From Candidatus Omnitrophota bacterium (GTDB taxonomy: Bacteria; Omnitrophota; Gorgyraeia; Tantalellales; Tantalellaceae), in NCBI GenBank assembly GCA_049643885.1, contig JBARQV010000055.1:9052-73051 (forward strand): a DNA stretch of 64,000 nt, given 5' to 3'. Below the pieces are notes generated by a model. The model worked only from the letters and a program-made list of their open reading frames with translations, was not told the origin of the DNA and did no database searches. Positions 56,037-64,000 of this stretch are shown in pieces. A program made the position numbers and the translations under genes. The number at the start of each line of letters is the position of its first letter. Position 1 is the stretch's first letter.

Positions 56037-56757
56037 GGGGCTTCCTGCATTTCTGGCATACTTTGCTAAGCACGGGGTTATCCGTATAGCAATTAGGGCA
56101 GACCCAGAATCCCTCAGGAGGATTCTTCAGCCTTTTCTGTCTCTTGTAATGCGGCCATACCCTATACCTTGCCACAATATAGAGCAGTACTAAAACTAAC
56201 GCCAACAATAAAGGAGAAATAAATACCGGAAAAGTTATTACCGGGAAAACCTTGTCCAGGTCTATCCCATACCCTTTCAACCGCTCCCTGACAAGCTCTT
56301 CCGCCGGCACGTATTCTTCAACGTTATACGCTGAAAAATAACGTATTAGTGATTCCGAGATCGGATACTCTCCTTTGTGAAACTTCTTAAGCTTGTTCAG
56401 ATAACTTTTATAATACCTTGCGGCTCTTTCATAATTCCCTTTATTTTCATACGTAAGCGCCAATAAAAAATCCGGGGCGAAATATTCCGGCCATATTTCA
56501 CGTGCCTTTAAAAAATCTTTCTCCGCTTCTTCAAAATCACCTGAAGAAAATTCGTAAATCCCGTCTATAAAAAAGCTGGTGAATCTGCTGATATCTTGCT
56601 GGGCCCTCCCGTCGGAGGGCATTTCTTCAGTGTATTTTAAATCAAAGGAAAAACGTTCATGAGAAAAAAATCTATCCCGGTCTACATAGCCTTGGGCGGG
56701 CACAATGGAACACAGAAGGATCGTAAGGGTTATAAAGAAGAACAGTTTGGGTCTCAT
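56029..56757 (-). CDS. TPR-repeat membrane-anchored protein with C-terminal zinc ribbon
   Basis: A signal/TM segment, TPR-like helices, a second TM and a CPNCYTDNPVLSKVCQKC motif. Confidence 0.45.
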   Translation of the reverse strand: MRPKLFFFITLTILLCSIVPAQGYVDRDRFFSHERFSFDLKYTEEMPSDGRAQQDISRFTSFFIDGIYEFSSGDFEEAEKDFLKAREIWPEYFAPDFLLALTYENKGNYERAARYYKSYLNKLKKFHKGEYPISESLIRYFSAYNVEEYVPAEELVRERLKGYGIDLDKVFPVITFPVFISPLLLALVLVLLYIVARYRVWPHYKRQKRLKNPPEGFWVCPNCYTDNPVLSKVCQKCRKPRE

Positions 56758-56778
56758 CTTCGAATGAAGGCAACGTGA

Positions 56779-57138
56779 TTATACGTTGTCCTTGATCAAG
56801 CCCAGGACTTTATCTATTTCGAAAGGCTTATAGATAATATCCGAAGCTTTTTCCTCGATGGCTTTATGGACCATCTCATCAACGGGATACCCGGTCATCA
56901 TGATAACTACGGTATCCGGGCGGAGTTTTTTGACTTCCTTGAGAGTCTGGATACCATCCATGACCGGCATCCTGATATCCAAAAATACGACATCATAGAC
57001 ATCGCTTTTTACCTTTTCCACGGCCTGGGCGCCTCCGTAGCAACAATCGGCCTTGTAGTTATTTGTCCTCAGCATATCGCAGAAAATATCGGCAAAATCC
57101 TTGTTATCGTCTACAATCAGGATATTATGCTCTTTCAT
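56779..57138 (-). CDS. Response regulator, stand-alone receiver domain
   Basis: ILIVDDN...FLDIRMPVMDGIQTL...IIYKPF. Confidence 0.85.
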   Translation of the reverse strand: MKEHNILIVDDNKDFADIFCDMLRTNNYKADCCYGGAQAVEKVKSDVYDVVFLDIRMPVMDGIQTLKEVKKLRPDTVVIMMTGYPVDEMVHKAIEEKASDIIYKPFEIDKVLGLIKDNV

Positions 57139-57217
57139 GTACTCTCCTGTGGTTGAACGGGTACGCAGAATCGATATAGATTCTACAATAATAAGCTGGA
57201 TTTGTCGACAACAATGT

Positions 57218-57841
57218 TCATTTTATGACCACATTATCGATATAGACAGGCCCGTGGTACTTATGGCCTACACGGTACGGGGGCGAAGCGTCATATTCGA
57301 TCCGGATAGCGATCTTCTTGACATGGTGGATATGGTGGAAAAGGCGTTTTTCCTTTCTACCTTTCCAGTCTGACTTTTCAACCTCATCATTCTCAAGCTT
57401 CGCTTCTATCCTTGTCCAGCGACCGGGAACCAGGGGCACCGCGTAACGCATCTCGGTAAAATGCCATCCTATCCCAATAGTCAATATAAACCGGGCAACG
57501 ATGATGCCTTTCGGGGCGTCCTTTGGAAGATAAATGTCCGCGGAGATGGTTTCCTTTCCGCTTAGATCCATGTCTTCAAGGTGTTCTACAAGCGCAGCTT
57601 TCCAGACATTACCGGGGAATTCGCACATCACGGCCAGGGAGCTCTCGCCTGTTGAAGCTTTTTTTGAGCTCACTTCAACTTCTTTTGCCACGTGATCGCC
57701 TTGATAATAAGCCCAATCAGGTATACTCCACCCCTTATTGCTTCCTTCAAAATCATATTTGATCTCTTCGGAAGCATAAGAAAAACTGCTTGCGGCAAAA
57801 ATAAGCGCAATTATCATTATCAAGCAAGCTCTCTTTTTCAT
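57218..57841 (-). CDS. Secreted hypothetical protein (possible carbohydrate-binding beta-sandwich)
   Basis: A signal peptide and 207 aa. I recognise no catalytic motif. Confidence 0.4.
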   Translation of the reverse strand: MKKRACLIMIIALIFAASSFSYASEEIKYDFEGSNKGWSIPDWAYYQGDHVAKEVEVSSKKASTGESSLAVMCEFPGNVWKAALVEHLEDMDLSGKETISADIYLPKDAPKGIIVARFILTIGIGWHFTEMRYAVPLVPGRWTRIEAKLENDEVEKSDWKGRKEKRLFHHIHHVKKIAIRIEYDASPPYRVGHKYHGPVYIDNVVIK

Positions 57842-57858
57842 CGGATTTTCCCCTTTTT

Positions 57859-57894
57859 GGATATAAAAAACCTTAAGATTGCCTTTTTATATCC
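57859..57894. promoter_or_regulatory. 11-bp perfect inverted repeat (GGATATAAAAA-N14-TTTTTATATCC) in the divergent promoter region
   Basis: It lies between the divergent starts at 57841 (-) and 58009 (+), with a CTTAAG centre. It is a candidate operator. Confidence 0.3.
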
Positions 57895-58008
57895 TTTACG
57901 CTAATATTATACCTCATAAGTCTATAAACCACAAATAGTTATAATTTTTTTCACTGTCTTGCTTTTTGGGACCTGATATGATACTCTTATTTGAAAGGAA
58001 ATTGAGCC

Positions 58009-59181
58009 ATGAACAGCCAAAACAGCGAAATAGAACTATCTGTCGTAATGCCCTGCCTTAACGAGGAGAAAACCCTCGGGACATGCATTAAAAAAGCCAT
58101 CGGGTCCATGGAAAAAATGGGTATAAAAGGCGAGGTCGTAATATCCGACAACGGTTCAACCGACAATTCCGTGGAAATAGCCGAGTCTCTCGGGGCCAGG
58201 GTCGTATACGAGCCTACGAAAGGCTACGGGAACGCCCTTGTAAAAGGGATAACCGAAGCCAGGGGTAAATACGTCATAATGGGTGACGCCGACGAATCGT
58301 ATGATTTTTCCGATATAGAGAGATTCGTGAATAAACTTCGCGAAGGTTATGACCTGGTGATGGGGACGAGACTAAAAGGAGAGATCAAAAAAGGCGCAAT
58401 GCCGCTGCTCCACCGTATCGGGAATCCCCTCATGACCCGGTTCTTAAATATGCTGTATAAGACAGGTATATCCGACGTCCATTGCGGGATGAGAGCTTTT
58501 TCCAAAGAAGCTTTCAATAAACTGGACTTGAAGTGCGGCGGTATGGAATTCGCGTCCGAATTCGTCATCAAGGCCGTGAAAGAAAAACTGAAGATCACAG
58601 AGATCCCCATCACTCTTTATAAAGACGGGAGAGAAAGACGCCCGCATTTAAGGACCTTCCACGACGGTTGGCGGCACCTGCGGTTTTTCCTTATTTATAG
58701 CCCTGTTTTTCTTTATCTCCTTCCCGGGATACTGCTGCTTTTTATCGGCTTTTTGATCCTGATCAGCGGCCTTTTTGTCCCTATCAGGATCGGGAATGTG
58801 ACTTTTGATTATCACATAAATTTTCTGGCCGCGGTCATGGCCATAATAGGGTTCCAACTATGCACGATCGGAATACTTGCCCGCTCATTTGCCTACATCA
58901 AAGGTTTCGACAAATACGACAGGTTCATAGAACGCTACCTGAAAAGATTTTCACTGGAAAGAAACCTCGTACTGGGTTCGATCATTACCGGCGTGGGAAT
59001 AGCGTTTTTCGTGATAATCCTGGTAAAATGGCTGATAACAGGCCTTGGACCTTTATTTGAAGTCAGAAGAGCGATCCTCGCGGTAACACTCTTCGCGATA
59101 GGTTTCCAGTATATAAGTTCATCTTTTTTTCTTAGCATGCTGCTGATGGAATCCGAAAGAACAGACACGCAGACACTATAA
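58009..59181 (+). CDS. GT2 glycosyltransferase with C-terminal multi-TM domain (GtrB/DPM-synthase-like)
   Basis: SVVMPCLNEE...VISDNGSTDNS...GDADESYD, followed by 4 TM helices. Confidence 0.8.
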   Translation: MNSQNSEIELSVVMPCLNEEKTLGTCIKKAIGSMEKMGIKGEVVISDNGSTDNSVEIAESLGARVVYEPTKGYGNALVKGITEARGKYVIMGDADESYDFSDIERFVNKLREGYDLVMGTRLKGEIKKGAMPLLHRIGNPLMTRFLNMLYKTGISDVHCGMRAFSKEAFNKLDLKCGGMEFASEFVIKAVKEKLKITEIPITLYKDGRERRPHLRTFHDGWRHLRFFLIYSPVFLYLLPGILLLFIGFLILISGLFVPIRIGNVTFDYHINFLAAVMAIIGFQLCTIGILARSFAYIKGFDKYDRFIERYLKRFSLERNLVLGSIITGVGIAFFVIILVKWLITGLGPLFEVRRAILAVTLFAIGFQYISSSFFLSMLLMESERTDTQTL

Positions 59182-59183
59182 AT

Positions 59184-60104
59184 ATGTCTCCCTACGCATC
59201 AATTATCATTCCAACAAAAAATGCCGGCAAGCAGCTGGATTCCGTCTTTGAAGCCATATTTAAAAATTTTCCGCACTTTTCTTTTGAGGTCATTGTCGTC
59301 GATTCCGGATCGACTGATGCAACCAAAGACATAATTTCGAAATATCCCGTAAAACTGCTCGAGATCCCTCCGTCTTCCTTCAGCCATGGCGGTGCAAGAA
59401 ATCTTGGCGCCCGGTCCGCAGAAGGAAAAATACTTGTATTCCTGACCCAGGACGCGGTACCCGCTGATAACTGGTTATCTAGCCTGGTAAAAGATTTTGA
59501 AGACAGCAATGTTGCCGGTGTCTTCGGAAGCCAGCTTCCGAAAAAAGATTCTTCGCCGCTCGAAAAGTTTTTTTTAGGCTACCTTTATCCTGACCGCAGG
59601 ATAATCAAGGATTCAATAAACCCTGACGATTGCCTTTTGTCCGAGATCTTTTTCTCGAACGTCAATTCCGCCATAAGAAAAAGCTTGTGGCAAAATACCA
59701 GATTCAACGAAAAACTTATTATGAGCGAAGACCAGGAATGGTCCAAGGATATGCTTATGAAAGGGATGAAGATAATTTACGAACCTTCAGCAGCGGTATA
59801 TCACAGCCACAAATATACTTTCGCGGAAATAATAAGAAGAAACTTCGACAGCGGGATGTCCTTAAAAGGCATGGTGAACGCGCCCCTGAAAAGAAGTTTT
59901 CGTTGTGAGATGGATTACCTGAAAAGCGGTTTTTCGTTCTTTTTGAAAAATAAATCCTATCTTTCCCTGCTTGTATTTCCCTTCTATGAGACCGCCAGGA
60001 TGCTCGGTTTTTTCCTGGGATTCCATAACAGGTTTTTGCCGCTGTTCCTGAAGAAGTTCCTGAGCCAGAATAAGGCCTATTGGCGGGCAGGCAAAAAAGC
60101 TTAA
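59184..60104 (+). CDS. GT2-family glycosyltransferase
   Basis: ASIIIPTKNAGKQLD...VIVVDSGSTDAT...TQDAVP. Confidence 0.8.
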   Translation: MSPYASIIIPTKNAGKQLDSVFEAIFKNFPHFSFEVIVVDSGSTDATKDIISKYPVKLLEIPPSSFSHGGARNLGARSAEGKILVFLTQDAVPADNWLSSLVKDFEDSNVAGVFGSQLPKKDSSPLEKFFLGYLYPDRRIIKDSINPDDCLLSEIFFSNVNSAIRKSLWQNTRFNEKLIMSEDQEWSKDMLMKGMKIIYEPSAAVYHSHKYTFAEIIRRNFDSGMSLKGMVNAPLKRSFRCEMDYLKSGFSFFLKNKSYLSLLVFPFYETARMLGFFLGFHNRFLPLFLKKFLSQNKAYWRAGKKA

Positions 60105-61570
60105 AAGAAAAAGAAATTATTCTTCACTACCACTGTGAAATCAAAATAAAGGGTTTTAGCCACGGCATACATCACAACCATTATTATTAATACTGCGGGA
60201 ACTGTCCTCATCCATCCGGATCTGCTTAAACAAAGGGATAATGATTCCTTTACAGTGTAAGCCGCCAGCATCATCAAGGCCGGCATGGCTATGATAACAA
60301 AACGTGATTCATACGCTTTGAAAAGGCCAAAAAACGTAAACAGTGATATCGCTACCGCTGCCAGAAGAAAATTCCATTCGTCCCATTTCTTTATAAAAAG
60401 AACTGAAAAATACGAGATAAGGAACAAAAGCGATATCCTTGCCATATGGTAGAAATAGAAATAACCGGGCTGACCTTTAAAGGGATCCATCAGATTCGTC
60501 GGGACGGGTAAGTACGTCCAATCAAGCGCTTTTAAAAAATGTTCGCCTGACAGGAGAAATAATATTGCCGTGAATATGGCGATAAGGAAGTAGGAAAAAT
60601 TTTTCACTTCCCGGGCCAAAGAAGATCCTTTAGTTTTTGCCAGTATTTCGTCTAACTTGTCTTTAAAAAAATATTTTGCCGTAAAAAAACCGGCCATCAA
60701 TATAACCGGGACAGCGGCTATTAATGAAAATTTAGTAATATACTTAAATGACGCTGCCGATGAATTGATCTTCATTATTTCATAAAAAAGATTATTTCCG
60801 TAGACATTATAATTCCATAAAACCCACGGAAGGCCTACTATAAACGGGGTCAAAACATAAAGAAGCATCTTTTTTCTGTCGGGGATGATATCCGTAAATA
60901 AGATAATGGCATAAATAGCAATAACCGCCAATATCGCCGAATATTTGCATAATAAGGCCATTCCTAAACATACTCCAGATATAATGAGAAAAAGCGTTCT
61001 TTTCCTGCCTAAGTACAAAAAAAAGATCCCCAAATAGACAAATAAACCAAGCGTTGTTTCTATCCATATCTTTTGTGAGCAAAGCCAGTAATTCGGCTCT
61101 ATCGCCATGAAAAACGCCGCCAGCAGTCCCCAAATTTCTCCCCACAAGGATTTACATAAAAAATATACGACAAAAATTATGGCGACTCCCGAAAAAAGCG
61201 ACACGAAATTAGCCGGCATATATTCGTCCCCGAAAAGGGTCTTTGATATCGCTATCAGATAGCAAAACAGCGGCGGATGTTTGAACAGCGGGACATCCAC
61301 ATACCTCTTCACCCTTTCTCTTTCCTTCGGGTTACGTATATATTTGGCCATCAATTTATAAAAATTACTTGAAGAATAGTTAAGCGGCTGGTATTTCAAC
61401 TGCGTGCCCAGGTAATTATAAAGCCCTTCATCAAAACTTCTGATGCTGGCGTTTTTCGCGGCGTTGAATCTCGGGATCAGCGCGAAAATAAGCAAAATTA
61501 CGATCAAGCTCGGGGCGATCATTTTCAAGAAAAATTTTTGCCTTATATCATTTTTAGAAATTTTCTGCAT
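60101..61570 (-). CDS. GT-C membrane glycosyltransferase (ArnT/PMT-like)
   Basis: A 489-aa polytopic protein with the first-loop FDEGLYNY (DE motif). Confidence 0.6.
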   Translation of the reverse strand: MQKISKNDIRQKFFLKMIAPSLIVILLIFALIPRFNAAKNASIRSFDEGLYNYLGTQLKYQPLNYSSSNFYKLMAKYIRNPKERERVKRYVDVPLFKHPPLFCYLIAISKTLFGDEYMPANFVSLFSGVAIIFVVYFLCKSLWGEIWGLLAAFFMAIEPNYWLCSQKIWIETTLGLFVYLGIFFLYLGRKRTLFLIISGVCLGMALLCKYSAILAVIAIYAIILFTDIIPDRKKMLLYVLTPFIVGLPWVLWNYNVYGNNLFYEIMKINSSAASFKYITKFSLIAAVPVILMAGFFTAKYFFKDKLDEILAKTKGSSLAREVKNFSYFLIAIFTAILFLLSGEHFLKALDWTYLPVPTNLMDPFKGQPGYFYFYHMARISLLFLISYFSVLFIKKWDEWNFLLAAVAISLFTFFGLFKAYESRFVIIAMPALMMLAAYTVKESLSLCLSRSGWMRTVPAVLIIMVVMYAVAKTLYFDFTVVVKNNFFFF

Positions 61571-61590
61571 TCTTTATTCCCTGTACCAGA

Positions 61591-62799
61591 TCACAATAAT
61601 CCGGTGATCTTTTCATAAACCCTCTTACTATTATCCCCGTCACGATATTCATGGATGATCTCCCGGACTCTTTCCCTGTCGGATCTGTATTTATCCGGTG
61701 AGGACACGCAGTCATCAACCCACCTTAAAACATCTTTCCAGCTGTTTGCCTTAGGCCCCGGCGTAATTTCATTATAGTCGTAATATAACTCTCTGTCGAC
61801 CTTGATATAATCATCCATATCAAAAGGCGCAAAAATAACAGGCCTATCCAACAGCAAGTAATCGAAATATACACTCGAATAGTCTGTGATCATAAAATCC
61901 GTTAACGGAAGGATCGAATATATATCCTGTTCGATATCCTCATTTTTTATGAAATAAATGTTTGAGTGATCCAACTGTAGTTTTTCAATCTCTTTCAAGT
62001 GATAATAGTGCAATTTTACCAATAATATGACCTGTTTTTTCTTTAATTCCAAATTTAGATCTTCAATTTCATCGACTAACAGCGAAAGAATGGACGATCT
62101 TCCTTCCTTCCGGTGGGTGGGCATGTATATCCCTATTTTAAGGCCCTTCTTCCTGTATTCGGATAATTTCTCATCAAAAGGTGTTTCGACGGTCTTTTCC
62201 TTAAAGAAAACATCATTCCTGGGATAGCCCGTTACCGCAATATTACCGCCCGGGATCCTCAAAGCCCCGGCCATGATCTTTTTAACAGCATGGGAAGGCG
62301 CAACAACAAGATCCCATTTTTTCTTCAGAAAAGGAAAGAAAAAAAGATGGGCCCCGGAGAGCCTTTCATAAGTGATCGTGTCATCGTATACCACCTTTTT
62401 TAAAGGGGCACCATACCACAGATTGACGATAATTTTCCCCGCCATCGTATACCAGTTAATATCCCTGTTGCTCACGCAGATCACGCCGACCTTTGCCCTC
62501 ATGGACAGCCAGCAGCCCCTTAAGCTATAAGTACGATACGCTTTGTATCCCTTTTTTCTCAAAAGTTCTAAGGTGTTTTTGCTCGTGGTCAGCCATATCG
62601 CCCTGATCCCGGGCTGGTTCTTATTGACATATTCGAACAGATACTTGCTATTGTCCGAATAAGTTCCGCCAAACCAAGCGCCAAAAACCCAGATATTTTT
62701 GCTCTTCGGGATAAAAAATGACATCAAATACAGCAGGTTCCCGAATAACAGTGAAAGTATCCCAATAAGAAATCTATTTTCTTCTTTTAAGAAAGCCAT
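61591..62799 (-). CDS. CDP-glycerol/CDP-alcohol glycerophosphotransferase (TagB/TagF family)
   Basis: A TagF-family C-terminal domain (DFMITDYSSVYFDYLLLDRPVIFAPFDMDDY). Confidence 0.8.
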   Translation of the reverse strand: MAFLKEENRFLIGILSLLFGNLLYLMSFFIPKSKNIWVFGAWFGGTYSDNSKYLFEYVNKNQPGIRAIWLTTSKNTLELLRKKGYKAYRTYSLRGCWLSMRAKVGVICVSNRDINWYTMAGKIIVNLWYGAPLKKVVYDDTITYERLSGAHLFFFPFLKKKWDLVVAPSHAVKKIMAGALRIPGGNIAVTGYPRNDVFFKEKTVETPFDEKLSEYRKKGLKIGIYMPTHRKEGRSSILSLLVDEIEDLNLELKKKQVILLVKLHYYHLKEIEKLQLDHSNIYFIKNEDIEQDIYSILPLTDFMITDYSSVYFDYLLLDRPVIFAPFDMDDYIKVDRELYYDYNEITPGPKANSWKDVLRWVDDCVSSPDKYRSDRERVREIIHEYRDGDNSKRVYEKITGLL

Positions 62800-62804
62800 C
62801 AGCG

Positions 62805-63500
62805 TTATCGAGAGGATCTAATGTGATCTTTAACCTTTTCAAGATCTTCGGGAAAATCTATTTCTACGCAAAACAGATCCTTTATCTCCACAGGCGTTAT
62901 TTTAATCTTGTCTTTCTTGATCATATTTTCAACGGCCTTTTCGAAGTAATCCTGCGGTCCCACTGCTTTTAAATGTTCAACGAACGCGGGGAGATCTTTT
63001 TCCTTGATAAGATTGATCCCTACCGCCTCCCCGAGGCCGCCGGTCACGGATTTAGATATCTCTTTCACGAAACCCTTGCCATCCACGTTATATTTTATCT
63101 CTTCCTCCCCGCACTTTTTGTTCTGTACAAGGATAGTCGTATTTTTTGCGTCAGTCAGCTTTGCCAGGACCTCTTCATCGAAAAACACATCACCGTTAAG
63201 CCATATTGTATCCTCTTTTATCTTCTGTAAGGCCAAGAGCAGGCTTTTAGCCGTGTTGGTCTTTGTATATTGATGGTTATAAACGTATGCCAGCTCAGGA
63301 TGTTTTTCCATTAAAAGTTCTTTTTTATAACCTACCACCACAAAAATATCATGAACCGATATGTACTTTGTAAGTTTTTTGATCTGGAAATCCAATATGG
63401 TTTCCCCGCCCTCTAGTGATATCATGGGTTTGGGAACGGTATCTTCCAACCTCATCCCCATCCCCGCCGCTAAAATAACAGCTTTCATTCTGTCCTCCAA
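62805..63500 (-). CDS. Sugar/alcohol-phosphate nucleotidyl(cytidylyl)transferase (LicC/NTP_transferase family)
   Basis: MKAVILAAGMGMRL, an N-terminal nucleotide-binding motif. Confidence 0.75.
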   Translation of the reverse strand: MEDRMKAVILAAGMGMRLEDTVPKPMISLEGGETILDFQIKKLTKYISVHDIFVVVGYKKELLMEKHPELAYVYNHQYTKTNTAKSLLLALQKIKEDTIWLNGDVFFDEEVLAKLTDAKNTTILVQNKKCGEEEIKYNVDGKGFVKEISKSVTGGLGEAVGINLIKEKDLPAFVEHLKAVGPQDYFEKAVENMIKKDKIKITPVEIKDLFCVEIDFPEDLEKVKDHIRSSR

Positions 63501-64000
63501 GAATTAAGTTTATAACTTGTTTTCTCTATTAAAAGATGAATCGTATAAAAAAACTTTCTCATGATCAAAAGTAGTCTCCATAATACATGTAAACAAGCCC
63601 GATTCGATCTGGCAAGAGAGCCAGGAGGCCAAAATCCCCTGAATGGCCTGATCTTGGAACTGTACAGTAAAACATCAGCAATATTTACGACTGGTGCAAC
63701 TTCTATAAGATCGTTCTTCTTGAACTGAAAAGAATGGAGATATTTACCATATGCCGTCGCTTCCGCAAGAGATGGCGTGAATATGAATTTTGTCAATATA
63801 GTCCTTAATATTTCACGGGCCGCCTTATCTTCCACAAGATCCTTTTTACAATGTTTCGTAAATTCGTCCGCAAACTTAATTATACTTTCTTGTTGGGTTT
63901 TTACTCCCCATTCAATGGCTTCTTTGTTGATCAGGTTATCAAAAACCGGATAAAAGACCTCATTTTTTTGTGAATATTCTATTGTTTTTCCATGATCTGC
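63485..64000 (-). CDS. Hypothetical protein, 5'-partial; the ORF continues in frame past the window end
   Basis: Minus-strand translation is open from 64000 down to a stop at 63485. The ORF-track GTG start at 63835 is internal. No family assigned. Confidence 0.35.
   Translation of the reverse strand, partial: ADHGKTIEYSQKNEVFYPVFDNLINKEAIEWGVKTQQESIIKFADEFTKHCKKDLVEDKAAREILRTILTKFIFTPSLAEATAYGKYLHSFQFKKNDLIEVAPVVNIADVLLYSSKIRPFRGFWPPGSLARSNRACLHVLWRLLLIMRKFFYTIHLLIEKTSYKLNSWRTE

Noticed and set aside
55266-57138. A Detocs-like defence module (receiver domain plus PNP effector)
   Set aside because: The PNP-family protein has no fused receiver domain and there is no dedicated sensor kinase. 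The receiver gene is separated from it by a TPR/zinc-ribbon gene. The architecture does not match.

Overview
The window appears to come from an anaerobic, probably uncultivated bacterium, and almost every gene is on the minus strand. The centrepiece (about 12.9-29.9 kb) is an energy-converting, Mrp-antiporter-linked group-4 [NiFe]-hydrogenase operon. Its first gene is the NADH sensor Rex, followed by an NAD(P)H-binding HydB/HydG (AsrA/AsrB)-like module and a CooF-like ferredoxin. It also contains the NuoB/C/D(large subunit)/H/I-like core, MrpA-G-like subunits, a maturation endopeptidase and hypA-C-D-E genes. HypF is reduced to its Kae1-like domain, HypA lacks its zinc finger, and hypB is absent. 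A periplasmic substrate-binding protein gene, a TolC-like gene and a dense block of two-component signalling genes lie upstream (about 33-42 kb). That block has two histidine kinases and several stand-alone receiver or REC-PAS proteins with no DNA-binding output domain. Downstream of the hyp genes are a porin-like gene, a glycoside hydrolase family 5 (GH5) gene, type III glutamine synthetase (glnN) co-located with a GAF-ANTAR antiterminator, a 5'-truncated pyrG, gdhA, and cytochrome-c-biogenesis genes (ccdA, tlpA). The right third carries two GT2 plus GT-C (ArnT/PMT-like) glycosylation pairs, a TagF-like gene and a cytidylyltransferase gene. It also has a DUF62-radical SAM-KptA operon, nrdJ, pncA, dus, dinB and a tRNA-Asn(GUU). 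No rRNA, CRISPR array or recognisable transposase or integrase gene is present. Three non-coding repeat families stand out. One is a GC-rich 83-nt structured element in three intergenic copies. Another is a family of GTCATCCCGG...CCGGGATGAC palindromic units (six units at four loci, in inverted pairs bracketing hydrogenase segments). The third is a 102-nt near-perfect palindrome between the truncated hypA and hypF. Many ORF-track starts are over-extended (GTG/TTG or upstream ATG); starts given here are adjusted to conserved N-termini and ribosome-binding sites where I could see them.
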